From contig CALMAI010000002.1 of the NCBI GenBank assembly GCA_937858825.1, positions 2,759 through 66,758 of the forward strand: a stretch of 64,000 nucleotides of DNA. Direction: 5' to 3'. The notes under the pieces were generated by a model. The model was given only the letters and a program-made list of their open reading frames with translations. It had not been told where the DNA came from and ran no database searches. Position numbers and translations under genes: made by a program. Below are positions 20,844 through 29,058 of this stretch, one piece after another; the stretch's first letter is position 1; each line of letters opens with the position of its first letter. The stretch comes from an uncultured Candidatus Peregrinibacteria bacterium (GTDB lineage: Bacteria; Patescibacteriota; Gracilibacteria; UBA1369).

Positions 20844-22326
20844 TTTTTACATTTGCAATGCTTTCTTTTACCTGTTCAGGAGAGAGGGGCAACTCTGTTG
20901 TGCGAGGATTTTGCATCATCATTCTGACGGTGTAGGAGATGGCATTTGCCATGAACGAGTTAATGATTTCAGCTGAATCGCATGCTGCTTCAATGGCTTC
21001 TAGTTGTTGGCGAATCCAGCGGTAAGCACTTTGTCCGGCCCCTATTTTTTTGCTTTCCTGAAGGAGATTGATAATAAGCCATGATTCGAAGTGATCTTTT
21101 GCTTCTACTGCCTGTCTTTGACTTTCGGAGAGGATAATTGGGTTTTTAATAGCTCCGCGGAGCGTTTCTTTTAACCGTTTTCTTTTTGGAGGAGGGGTGG
21201 ATCGTGGTTGTCTCTTTGATTCTGGTTCAGGTTGATAGTTTGGGCGCATGAGACCGATCCCTCGAATAGGAAGTGCGGTGAGAATAGATGGTTTATCTTT
21301 GAGTTTGGAGATCGCATGCCACACAATGTAGTCTCTTATTTTCCAGTCCAGTTCCTCCATTTGTCCAACTGGTGAGAATATTTTTTTGTTGTCTTTTTTG
21401 AGGGTGATTTCTTTGAGTTCGTCCCAGTCTTGGGAGAGTTCTTCCAGTTCTGCTATGAAAGCTTCTGTAGTTCGTTTCATTCTTGCAGCGCGAAGTAATT
21501 TTTTTCTTTGGCTGCGAGATGGATTAACTAAAAGTTTTTCCATGTCCTGGGAAAATGATTCTGCCTGACGAAGAGTGATGTTAATGTAGGATTTACACTT
21601 AATGGTTACAAGGTAGAGGATGGTCGCGACTTCTTGTTCATCAACACCAGGTTTTGCTTCGTAGATTTGTTCCCGAAGGTGGTTTTCTACTTCTGCGCTT
21701 TCCATGGTGAGGGCGTGTTCCAGAGTAAGGCTGTTTCCGTCGTTGATAAGGTCTCCGAGGAGTTCTGTTGCAAGGGATGCTGCCAAGTCGGTCGCAAGGG
21801 TGACATTTTCTGAAAGACGGATAAATTTAGGTGGAGTTGATGGGGCAGATTCCACTGGAGGAACACCAAGTGATGGCATTGTCTGCTTTGTTACCTGTGG
21901 TTCTCGAATGGTTGGTGGAGCGTCTGTGTCGCTTATTGTTGTTTCAAACTCTGAAGCAAGTGATGTTCGCAAATCATCGAGTGGATCGTGTTCATAGATT
22001 TCAATTTTTCCTCTGGTAAAGCTGACTGTTCGTGTTTTGAGCTGTCCAAGCGCTGATTCCAGAGCAGGTACAAAGAGTTTGTATGGATATTGGAGTTCTT
22101 TAATGATTTGAAATGTTTCTGAAAAAATTTTGGGAGGCTGTTCGCGTCTTTCTTCTATGCGGGCGGAGGAATTGTGACTAAATCTGAGCGCCTGTTCAAT
22201 GGCCTCTATTTGTTGTTCGATAGAGGTTGGATAGCGTCTTTGAAGAATCTGGATGATCTGGTCTGCAACCATGTTTTGAGGGCTTTCAGTAATGTTTTCA
22301 AGTGGTGTTGGTTGATGATGTCCCAT
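20830..22326 (-). CDS. hypothetical protein
   Basis: 498-aa ORF. It is helical/charged with Pro-rich linkers and has no recognisable motif. Appears translationally coupled to the 273-aa ORF. Confidence 0.55.
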   Translation of the reverse strand: MGHHQPTPLENITESPQNMVADQIIQILQRRYPTSIEQQIEAIEQALRFSHNSSARIEERREQPPKIFSETFQIIKELQYPYKLFVPALESALGQLKTRTVSFTRGKIEIYEHDPLDDLRTSLASEFETTISDTDAPPTIREPQVTKQTMPSLGVPPVESAPSTPPKFIRLSENVTLATDLAASLATELLGDLINDGNSLTLEHALTMESAEVENHLREQIYEAKPGVDEQEVATILYLVTIKCKSYINITLRQAESFSQDMEKLLVNPSRSQRKKLLRAARMKRTTEAFIAELEELSQDWDELKEITLKKDNKKIFSPVGQMEELDWKIRDYIVWHAISKLKDKPSILTALPIRGIGLMRPNYQPEPESKRQPRSTPPPKRKRLKETLRGAIKNPIILSESQRQAVEAKDHFESWLIINLLQESKKIGAGQSAYRWIRQQLEAIEAACDSAEIINSFMANAISYTVRMMMQNPRTTELPLSPEQVKESIANVKNAFL

Positions 22327-22419
22327 ATGTACAGGTGTAAAGTATTTGGTTCATTGTACATCAAAATGTGGAAAGCTCATTGCGATCATCTTTTTGTCAA
22401 TGATGTAATGGCTAATCTA

Positions 22420-22428
22420 TGGTAGAAT
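22420..22428 (+). promoter_or_regulatory. candidate extended -10 promoter element (TGgTAGAAT)
   Basis: TG-n-TAGAAT lies 42 nt upstream of the SIMPL gene start, in a divergent intergenic region. No good -35 element at 17-nt spacing. Confidence 0.3.
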
Positions 22429-22469
22429 TAAAGATAATAGTTTCGTTTATTTCTTAATTTTTTACTTTT

Positions 22470-23243
22470 ATGACCATGCATGCAAAAACGTTTCGGCATG
22501 TGGCACAGGGAATCTTTTTCCTTGTTTTTGCCGGATTTATTCTTTGGTTCGCTACACGGCCAACACTTTTGAAAGATTTTAATCTTCAGGTAACAGAGCA
22601 GCCGTATGCTCGGGTTATTACCGTAAATGGAGAAGGGGAACTAACAATGAAGCCGGATATGGCGATCGTGAATTTGTCTGTTGTGGAGCGTGCTCCAACT
22701 GTGCAGGAGGTGACTCAGGCCGGAAATGAAAAGATGGAGAGTGTGGTCTCTTTCTTGAAAGGGCTTGGAATTGTTGAGGACGATATCAAGACTACAAACT
22801 ATTGGCTTAATCCGGAATATCGATATCCAGAGGAAGGCGGTGAGCCACAAATTATTGGGTATAGTTTGAATCAGAACGTTCGTGTTGAGGTGAAGGATCT
22901 GTCAAAAGTTGAAGATGTAATTGACGGAGCGGTACAGGCCGGAGTGAACCAAACCGGACAGCTTTCTTTTGAGATTGATGATGATAGTGAGGCTCGGGCA
23001 ACGGCACGAGAGGAAGCGTTTAAGGATGCTCGTGAAAAGGCTGAGACCATGGCTAAGGCTGCGGGCGTTCGGCTTGGACGGGTTGTTACTTTCAATGAAA
23101 GTGGTGGATTCTATGACCCACAACCGTACTATACACGGAGTTATGCAGGAGATGTTGCTGTTGAAGAAGCTGCTGCGCCTTCTATTGAACCTGGAAGTCA
23201 GGATGTAACAGTGAATGTAAGTGTGACTTACGAGATTGAGTAG
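22470..23243 (+). CDS. SIMPL/DUF541-domain periplasmic protein
   Basis: N-terminal TM/signal anchor, then ITVNGEGELTMKPDMAIVNLSVV ... GYSLNQNVRVEVKDLSKV ... IEPGSQDVTVNVSVTYEI, the typical SIMPL pattern. Confidence 0.75.
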   Translation: MTMHAKTFRHVAQGIFFLVFAGFILWFATRPTLLKDFNLQVTEQPYARVITVNGEGELTMKPDMAIVNLSVVERAPTVQEVTQAGNEKMESVVSFLKGLGIVEDDIKTTNYWLNPEYRYPEEGGEPQIIGYSLNQNVRVEVKDLSKVEDVIDGAVQAGVNQTGQLSFEIDDDSEARATAREEAFKDAREKAETMAKAAGVRLGRVVTFNESGGFYDPQPYYTRSYAGDVAVEEAAAPSIEPGSQDVTVNVSVTYEIE

Positions 23244-23260
23244 TTGAGTTGATATTACGA

Positions 23261-23296
23261 AAAAGCGACACCATTCGTTGGTGTCGCTTTTTTATT
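23261..23296. terminator. bidirectional rho-independent terminator between convergent genes
   Basis: aaaagcgacacca / tggtgtcgctttt stem with a ttcg loop. A-run upstream and T-run downstream. Confidence 0.55.
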
Positions 23297-23298
23297 TT

Positions 23299-23772
23299 CT
23301 ACACGGCTGATGCGGCTTTGGTTGGATCGGTTGGATCGTAGACAATTTGCATCATGTCTCCCGGGCGTGGGACGTTGACTCTTGAAACGAACTGTTTGAA
23401 TGTTGCCTGATTTCCTTTGGTGGTTTCGACTGTGATTTTTACGTAGAAATTGACGTTATTCATGGTGATGCCGGTGTCTTCCACTTTTAAAATCCTTGCC
23501 ATGGTTTTTACACCTCTTTCCCGAAGCATTTTACCTTGTTTTGAATCGCCTGAAAGTCTTTTTAGGACCGGAACAAAGACCATAAGCATGGTAAAGACCA
23601 CAACGCTTATAATAAGAATCGGTAAAATCCACATAAAATTATCAAGACCTCCTTCTGTAGCTGTTTCAAAAAATGCTCTTGGGTTGGTGAAGACGTAAAT
23701 GGCAAAGACAAGTCCGCCAAGTCCAAGGAGAAGTCCGGGGAGGGCTATCAGCATAAGTTTTTTCCAGTTCAT
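23299..23772 (-). CDS. hypothetical two-TM membrane protein (DUF3592-like?)
   Basis: Two hydrophobic helices followed by a small beta-rich soluble domain. The family assignment is tentative. Confidence 0.45.
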   Translation of the reverse strand: MNWKKLMLIALPGLLLGLGGLVFAIYVFTNPRAFFETATEGGLDNFMWILPILIISVVVFTMLMVFVPVLKRLSGDSKQGKMLRERGVKTMARILKVEDTGITMNNVNFYVKITVETTKGNQATFKQFVSRVNVPRPGDMMQIVYDPTDPTKAASAV

Positions 23773-23806
23773 GTTTTAGGGGTTAAATTACTGCGAGCTT
23801 ACCATA

Positions 23807-24598
23807 TTATCTTTTGGGTGGTAGCGGGAAGAAGGCGCTCGTTCTTTTTTTGTATCTTTGGAAGATGGGATCGTCTTCGTATTTTTTTTCCAACATGGGA
23901 ATGCCGGACACTTTTAAAATAAGGAAGGTGATAAGGAGTGGACTGATGATAGCAATCCACCCTGAATCTGATGCCAGCACGATAACGAATAATCCCCACC
24001 ATTGGGTGACTTCGCCAAAGTAGTTGGGATGTCTGGTGTATTTCCACAGGCCAGTCATCATGATTTTGCCTTTGTTCTGGCTTCCTTTTTTGAATTGATA
24101 GAGCTGAAAATCTCCTATGGTTTCAAAGAAAAAGCCAATGGCCCAGATAACGGTTCCCCAAAAGAGTGGTGCTGATGGGTTTTGGATAGCCTTCAGGCTG
24201 GCGGTGGTGTAGACGGGCATTGCTATGAGGAGCATGAGGAATCCCTGGAGCATGAAAACCTGAAAGTAGCCGCGAACGGCATGGAATTTCCCCCAGTCTT
24301 TGCGCCACTTTGCATAGCGGTGATCCTCTTTTTTGCCATGATTGCGAATGGCGATGTGTGTAGCAAGACGGATGCCCCACAGGGTAATGAGGAATGTGAC
24401 AAGGGATTGGGCGAGGTTGGCGTATGGGTTGAGGAGGATGTGTTCCCATGCAATGACTATGAAGCCCAGACCCCAGGCAATGTCGACCAGGTCGTACCGT
24501 TTTTTTGCCAGCGCAACGAAGAACCATATATTCATATAGACGAATATAGTGGCGGCGCTTATGAGCGCCTTTTCTATGATGAGCATTGATTCGTTCAT
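23807..24598 (-). CDS. DUF1295 / steroid 5-alpha-reductase-like membrane protein
   Basis: GLWKYTRHPNYFGEVTQWWG is the hallmark of the DUF1295/ICMT-like family. The protein is polytopic. Confidence 0.75.
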   Translation of the reverse strand: MNESMLIIEKALISAATIFVYMNIWFFVALAKKRYDLVDIAWGLGFIVIAWEHILLNPYANLAQSLVTFLITLWGIRLATHIAIRNHGKKEDHRYAKWRKDWGKFHAVRGYFQVFMLQGFLMLLIAMPVYTTASLKAIQNPSAPLFWGTVIWAIGFFFETIGDFQLYQFKKGSQNKGKIMMTGLWKYTRHPNYFGEVTQWWGLFVIVLASDSGWIAIISPLLITFLILKVSGIPMLEKKYEDDPIFQRYKKRTSAFFPLPPKR

Positions 24599-25041
24599 TA
24601 CATGAAGTATCCGATGTATCCAAGAATTATACCGAAGATGAGGCTAAATGCCCCGACGGTTTGAATGATGTTCTTTATTTTGAGAACTTTTTCAGCGAAG
24701 CCCATTCCAAAGGTTGGAAGTGCGAGCAAAGAAAGTCCTTTAAGGAATGAGATCCATCCAATAATGGTGACGATGATAGTCCAGTCGGAACTCCAAATGT
24801 TGTGAGCAGAAACGATTGAAAATCCGGCAACAAGAGCGAGCATTCCAGCTACGAAGATAAACTGTTTCGATTTTTTTATTTCATCAAAGAGGTCTCTATA
24901 CCATTTTGTGTTGGTGAGAGCTCCAACTCCCAGAGCAAGGTATACAAAAGCCATGATCCTAATAATGAAGATGGAAATTCCCATGATAAAAATGTGAAAT
25001 TGTAAAAGTTGAGCTGCCCCGGAAACTGCTTTACAATACAT
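24598..25041 (-). CDS. hypothetical polytopic membrane protein
   Basis: Four hydrophobic helices. The stop overlaps the downstream start (TAATG). The true start is probably the internal Met near 24984. Confidence 0.5.
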   Translation of the reverse strand: MYCKAVSGAAQLLQFHIFIMGISIFIIRIMAFVYLALGVGALTNTKWYRDLFDEIKKSKQFIFVAGMLALVAGFSIVSAHNIWSSDWTIIVTIIGWISFLKGLSLLALPTFGMGFAEKVLKIKNIIQTVGAFSLIFGIILGYIGYFM

Positions 25042-25070
25042 TATAATAAAATTCTATAATTTGTATAGTT

Positions 25071-25847
25071 ATGAAACGGATAATATCTTTTATCGGCACT
25101 TTTTTGATTGCCGTTTTTTTTGTGGGTTGCCAGCAGCAAACGGTCGCGCCTGAGGATGCAATGGAAGAAGGAAGTAAGGTTGGCGAATGGGTTTCTTATG
25201 GGGATAATTTTCGGGGATACTTTGTTGAGCCGATGGACGAGGGGGAACATCCGGGGGTGGTGATGATTCATGAATGGTGGGGGTTGAATGAGAATATTAA
25301 AAATATGGCTCATGAACTGGCAGAGGAGGGTTACAATGTTTTGGCGGTCGATTTGTATGATGGACGTGTTGCGAGTGGGCCGGAAGAGGCTGGCACATTT
25401 GCGACTGAAGTGAGGGAGAATCCGGAACGGGCTATTGAACATATGAAGGCTGCTGCGGAATTTTTGAAAGAGCAGGATAATTTTAATGGGAAGATTGGGT
25501 CGATGGGATGGTGTTTTGGTGGAGGAATGTCGATGCAGTTGGCGCTGAACGAACCGCTTGATGCGACGGTGATCTATTATGGAAATCTTTAGACCGATCC
25601 AGAGAAGCTTCGGAGTATTGATTGGCCGGTGCTTGGTGTTTTTGGGGAAGAGGATACTTCTATTACGGTTGATTCTGTGAATGCGTTTGATGCGGCTTTG
25701 GATCAACTTGGAATCGATAATGAAATTTATATTTATGAAGGTGTGGGACATGCTTTTGCGAATCCTTCGAACGCCGGACATGATCCTGAAAAGACGGCTG
25801 ATGCTTGGGGAAAGACTGTGGACTTTTTGGCCCGGACTCTGCAGTAA
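25071..25847 (+). pseudogene. dienelactone hydrolase family protein interrupted by one in-frame TAG (25590-25592)
   Basis: ORFs 25071-25592 and 25629-25847 are in the same frame (558 nt apart). Translation reads straight through: ...VIYYGNL*TDPEKLRSIDWPVLGVFGEEDT... The nucleophile elbow GWCFGG lies upstream of the stop and the catalytic His (GVGHAF) downstream. There is also an N-terminal lipoprotein-like signal (FFVGC). Confidence 0.75.
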
Positions 25848-25900
25848 GGTTTGTAAAGGAGACCGGCCGTCCCCGCTGATGCGAGGCGGCCGGCTTTTGA

Positions 25901-28264
25901 TCATAAGCACTCCTTTCGGATGGTGATTGAGCCAGTGTAATACTGGCAGGCAGCTTGGCTGCAGCTTGTGGGTGATTTGATGTAGGCCCGAAGACCCGCA
26001 CCATTCATGGCTCCGTAGCCGGTTACCTGATTGAGGTTGAATGACTTCCAGTTTGTACAGCTGACTCCAGTGGATTCGTTGTAGGTCGAGTAGTTGACCA
26101 TGTGGTTATCATCTCTCAACTGGTGAGAGAAAGAGTTGCTGAAAGCTCCACCTTGCTTGCAGACTCTGTATTTCCAGCTGGCCCCGCTGTTTTGTTGTAC
26201 GTTCAAACACAGAGTTGGATTTCCCGAACCCTGGGGGTTGTTGTAGCAGGACTGGCTGCTCGATGCGAGGTAGGTGTCCTGACATGATGACTGGCAGGAA
26301 CTCCAGCTTCCCCATTGACCGCTGCTGTTACAGCTCCTTTCTTTGGTTCCCGACTGTCCGTTGACCGTGCAGGATTGTTGTTGCGTTTGTCCGGGGCTGC
26401 ACTCTGCAGTGCATTGACCCCAGCCGCCCCAGTTACAGGAACTGGAACAGGTTTTTGTTTGCGTTCCCACGCTGTTGCAGGTTTGATTCTGCTGTTGGCC
26501 TGGTTGGCAAATGCCTTGATTCTGACACGATCCCCATTGCCCGTTCGAGCCGCAGGTCATGGTGCCGCAGTTTCCGCAGGAAGCTGTCTGGCCGGAGGTG
26601 CAATTACCTTCGCCCGTACAGGTTCCCCACGCTCCCCATGTACAGCTGCCGTTGCAGGTGGCGGTTTGAGTTCCACCGTTGCCACAGCTCTGCTGTTTGG
26701 TTTCCCCTGGAGTACAATCTCCGGGGTTGCAGGAATTTTCGTCGATCCCACCGCCGATTTCGCAGCCCTTTGTTTCTGAAGGGACGCATTCGGTGTTGTC
26801 GTTGCAGCTTCCGTTGTTTGGATTGCAGTGCTGTCCGATGGGACAAGCTACGTTATCGCAGAGGCTGTTGTATGAACTGTTGTTCAGTTCATACGCTTTG
26901 ATGATCCATTTGGCCATTTCTTCCCGCATGACGTGTTGTCCGGGGTTGAAGTTGGTTTGGATCTGTACCAATCCTTTCCAGACGCCAAAATACACGTATG
27001 GCGCGTACCATTCGTGTATGTCAATGTCCTGAAAGAATTGCGTTTTGGGGATCTCTAAGAACAGGCTGATTTTATCCAAAACGTCGGCAGCTGTCTGGGT
27101 CCAATAAAATTCCTTTTGAAAGCTGTCGAACTCTGCGTAGTAGAGAGCGACGACGATCATTTTCAGGGCTCCCACCCTGTTGATGGGGCTGTCTGGACAG
27201 AAACTGTAGCCTTCGTCCTCAGTACACGAGTGTACTGGGTTGATGACTGCATTATGCGTGTTGGCGACAGAGGCAGGGAAGCGCGTGAGTGCTTCCACAT
27301 AAGGGAATAGAGGATCGTCAGCGGGAACGTCTTTGAACGTTGCCGAAACGTTTTTGATGCTCGGAATTCCCAATGCGGTTTTCAGCCAACGTGCGACTTC
27401 ACCGCGTGTTGCTGGTTGCTGCGCGCCATAGCGTCCGTCGAACAAGCCGAACTCGATGCCGTACTTGCGCATCTTCTTCACGTACGGGAGTGACCACATG
27501 TAGGCCTGGTTAGGGTCCTGGTAGTCATGGAAGTACTTGAAGAGGAGCGCGTGAGGATCCAGATGTTTCTGGAGTTTGCTGTCGTCGTTGTAGGTGTAGC
27601 CGTGGCCGAACAGGGAAGCTCTATTTTTGTCCTGAAGAGCATTTTTGAGATCCTGCAGGCTGTTCCATCGTCGTACGGTCAGGTGAAGGTGTGATCCTTC
27701 ACTTTTTCCGGTACTTCCTTCTTTGCCCAGCAGAGCTCCACGATTCACCGTTTCACAGGCGTTGAATTGCCGAGTGGTGACATAGTTGGTGCCACTTTTG
27801 CCGTTGTTGTAGAGGTGATGGTAGTGGAAGGTCAGAATCTCTTCCGAGCCTTTGTTCGGGCGGGTGGCCATGATGATGGATTCGCCCCACCCAGCGGTGA
27901 GATTTTCTTTTTCGGAAAGAATGACAATCCCTTTCTGAGTGGAGACTACATCGTTGACGCCTTCGGTGTCGCTGGACCCTTCACTGTCGATACCGTCGTG
28001 ACCGTAGATCCATACGTCATCGAACCAGTAGCCATCCTCATAAGGAGTGTTGTACCATTGGTTGATGTTGTATGGGGTCTGGGGCAGAACGGTGTCGCTC
28101 TTGAAATCTCCTACCGGAATCTGTTCCAGCGTGAGGTTTTGGCAGATGCCGCTGAAGATCTGCTTGTCTCCTCCTTCCTGAGCCACACTGGGTGATCCAG
28201 GAATCAGGATGCAGCAGAACGTTACCATGAGGAGCCACAAGCTTCTCATTTTCCATTTGGACAT
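25901..28264 (-). CDS. secreted M23 peptidase - SLH-like repeats - Cys/Trp-rich repeat protein
   Basis: Signal peptide (LWLLMVTFCCILIPGSPSVAQ). M23 motifs HDGID and GSHLHL. Three SLH-like segments (e.g. FKDVPADDPLFPYVEAL, FQDIDIHEWYAPYVYF). A Cys-rich region spans aa 469-661, followed by a Cys-containing C-terminal domain. Confidence 0.8.
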   Translation of the reverse strand: MSKWKMRSLWLLMVTFCCILIPGSPSVAQEGGDKQIFSGICQNLTLEQIPVGDFKSDTVLPQTPYNINQWYNTPYEDGYWFDDVWIYGHDGIDSEGSSDTEGVNDVVSTQKGIVILSEKENLTAGWGESIIMATRPNKGSEEILTFHYHHLYNNGKSGTNYVTTRQFNACETVNRGALLGKEGSTGKSEGSHLHLTVRRWNSLQDLKNALQDKNRASLFGHGYTYNDDSKLQKHLDPHALLFKYFHDYQDPNQAYMWSLPYVKKMRKYGIEFGLFDGRYGAQQPATRGEVARWLKTALGIPSIKNVSATFKDVPADDPLFPYVEALTRFPASVANTHNAVINPVHSCTEDEGYSFCPDSPINRVGALKMIVVALYYAEFDSFQKEFYWTQTAADVLDKISLFLEIPKTQFFQDIDIHEWYAPYVYFGVWKGLVQIQTNFNPGQHVMREEMAKWIIKAYELNNSSYNSLCDNVACPIGQHCNPNNGSCNDNTECVPSETKGCEIGGGIDENSCNPGDCTPGETKQQSCGNGGTQTATCNGSCTWGAWGTCTGEGNCTSGQTASCGNCGTMTCGSNGQWGSCQNQGICQPGQQQNQTCNSVGTQTKTCSSSCNWGGWGQCTAECSPGQTQQQSCTVNGQSGTKERSCNSSGQWGSWSSCQSSCQDTYLASSSQSCYNNPQGSGNPTLCLNVQQNSGASWKYRVCKQGGAFSNSFSHQLRDDNHMVNYSTYNESTGVSCTNWKSFNLNQVTGYGAMNGAGLRAYIKSPTSCSQAACQYYTGSITIRKECL
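26282..26716 (-). repeat. four tandem ~35-aa Cys/Trp repeats (coding)
   Basis: The units are as follows. CTPGETKQQSCGNGGTQTATCNGSCTWGAWGTC. CTSGQTASCGNCGTMTCGSNGQWGSC. CQPGQQQNQTCNSVGTQTKTCSSSCNWGGWGQC. CSPGQTQQQSCTVNGQSGTKERSCNSSGQWGSWSSC. Confidence 0.75.
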
Positions 28265-28288
28265 TGGGTGTTCTCCTTCTGTTTGAGG

Positions 28289-28852
28289 TTAACGCTCAAC
28301 GAACTTGAGCGTGGAGATGATCTGTTCCAGTTCCTCCATGTGGAGGTCTGCTTTGTCGTAGAGAATGAAGATGGCTTTGCGGCCATCATGCTCGAAGCCG
28401 AGAACGCTGGTCCAGCTTTCCATACCCCAAACGGAGCCAGTGGACATGGAGGCGTAGACGGTGGTGTCGTCGAATACGAACTCTTTATAATACTCTGGAT
28501 TGCGATCACATTCTTGATCGGGAGACTGCCCGCGATCACAGTGAATGTAGTTGTAATTTTCCAGAATATCGGCTTTGGCTTCCTCTTCGGTCCCGATTGG
28601 GAATTCGAGAGGGGTGAACTTCACGAATGGAGATCCACCATCTTTGGAGCGATGCTCCCAGATGGCGACACCGTTTTCTTCGTCGAGCCATGTCCAGCCT
28701 TCCGGCAGGTCGTAGACTGCGCGAAGGGCCACTACCGGTTCTTCCGGTACGGTCGCGTTGTCGCTGTCGCAGCCAGTTGCGCTGAGGCAGGTGAGTACTG
28801 TGAACAGCACAGAGAAAAGTTTGATCATGAGGTTTGAGGTTACGGATTGCAT
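28289..28852 (-). CDS. hypothetical lipoprotein
   Basis: Lipobox-like LSATGC after a hydrophobic leader. No other motif. Confidence 0.5.
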   Translation of the reverse strand: MQSVTSNLMIKLFSVLFTVLTCLSATGCDSDNATVPEEPVVALRAVYDLPEGWTWLDEENGVAIWEHRSKDGGSPFVKFTPLEFPIGTEEEAKADILENYNYIHCDRGQSPDQECDRNPEYYKEFVFDDTTVYASMSTGSVWGMESWTSVLGFEHDGRKAIFILYDKADLHMEELEQIISTLKFVER

Positions 28853-29058
28853 GTTGGTGTTCCTTGTGGAGTGCTTGTTGTCAAAGATCCGCCCTTGTTG
28901 CCGCTCGATATTTCGAAGGCTTCAAGGAGCATGATCCACGCTATCAATCCGACATTATCGGCAGATAAAATTTTGATGAAATTTATCTGAAGCGATGCAC
29001 TCGCGCTTGAAACACTTTCTGCTATACTACCTGCGCTTGTTTTCTAAACGCAAATCGT

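Noticed and set aside
24123-24623. 166-aa ORF overlapping the DUF1295 gene in another frame on the same strand
   Set aside because: The DUF1295 frame carries the hallmark RHPNYFGE motif and a hydrophobic periodicity. The alternative frame is Arg/His/Pro-rich.
25590-25592. TAG as a reassigned sense codon (alternative genetic code)
   Set aside because: rpoC (4377) and rpsL (3876) both terminate at TAG at their expected C-termini. TGA and TAA also end recognisable genes. A standard code fits all strong calls.
25041-25910. 289-aa minus-strand ORF covering the whole dienelactone hydrolase locus
   Set aside because: It is antisense to a clearly recognisable DLH gene. Its translation is Arg/His/Ile/Pro-rich low-complexity sequence with no motifs, which is typical of a shadow ORF.
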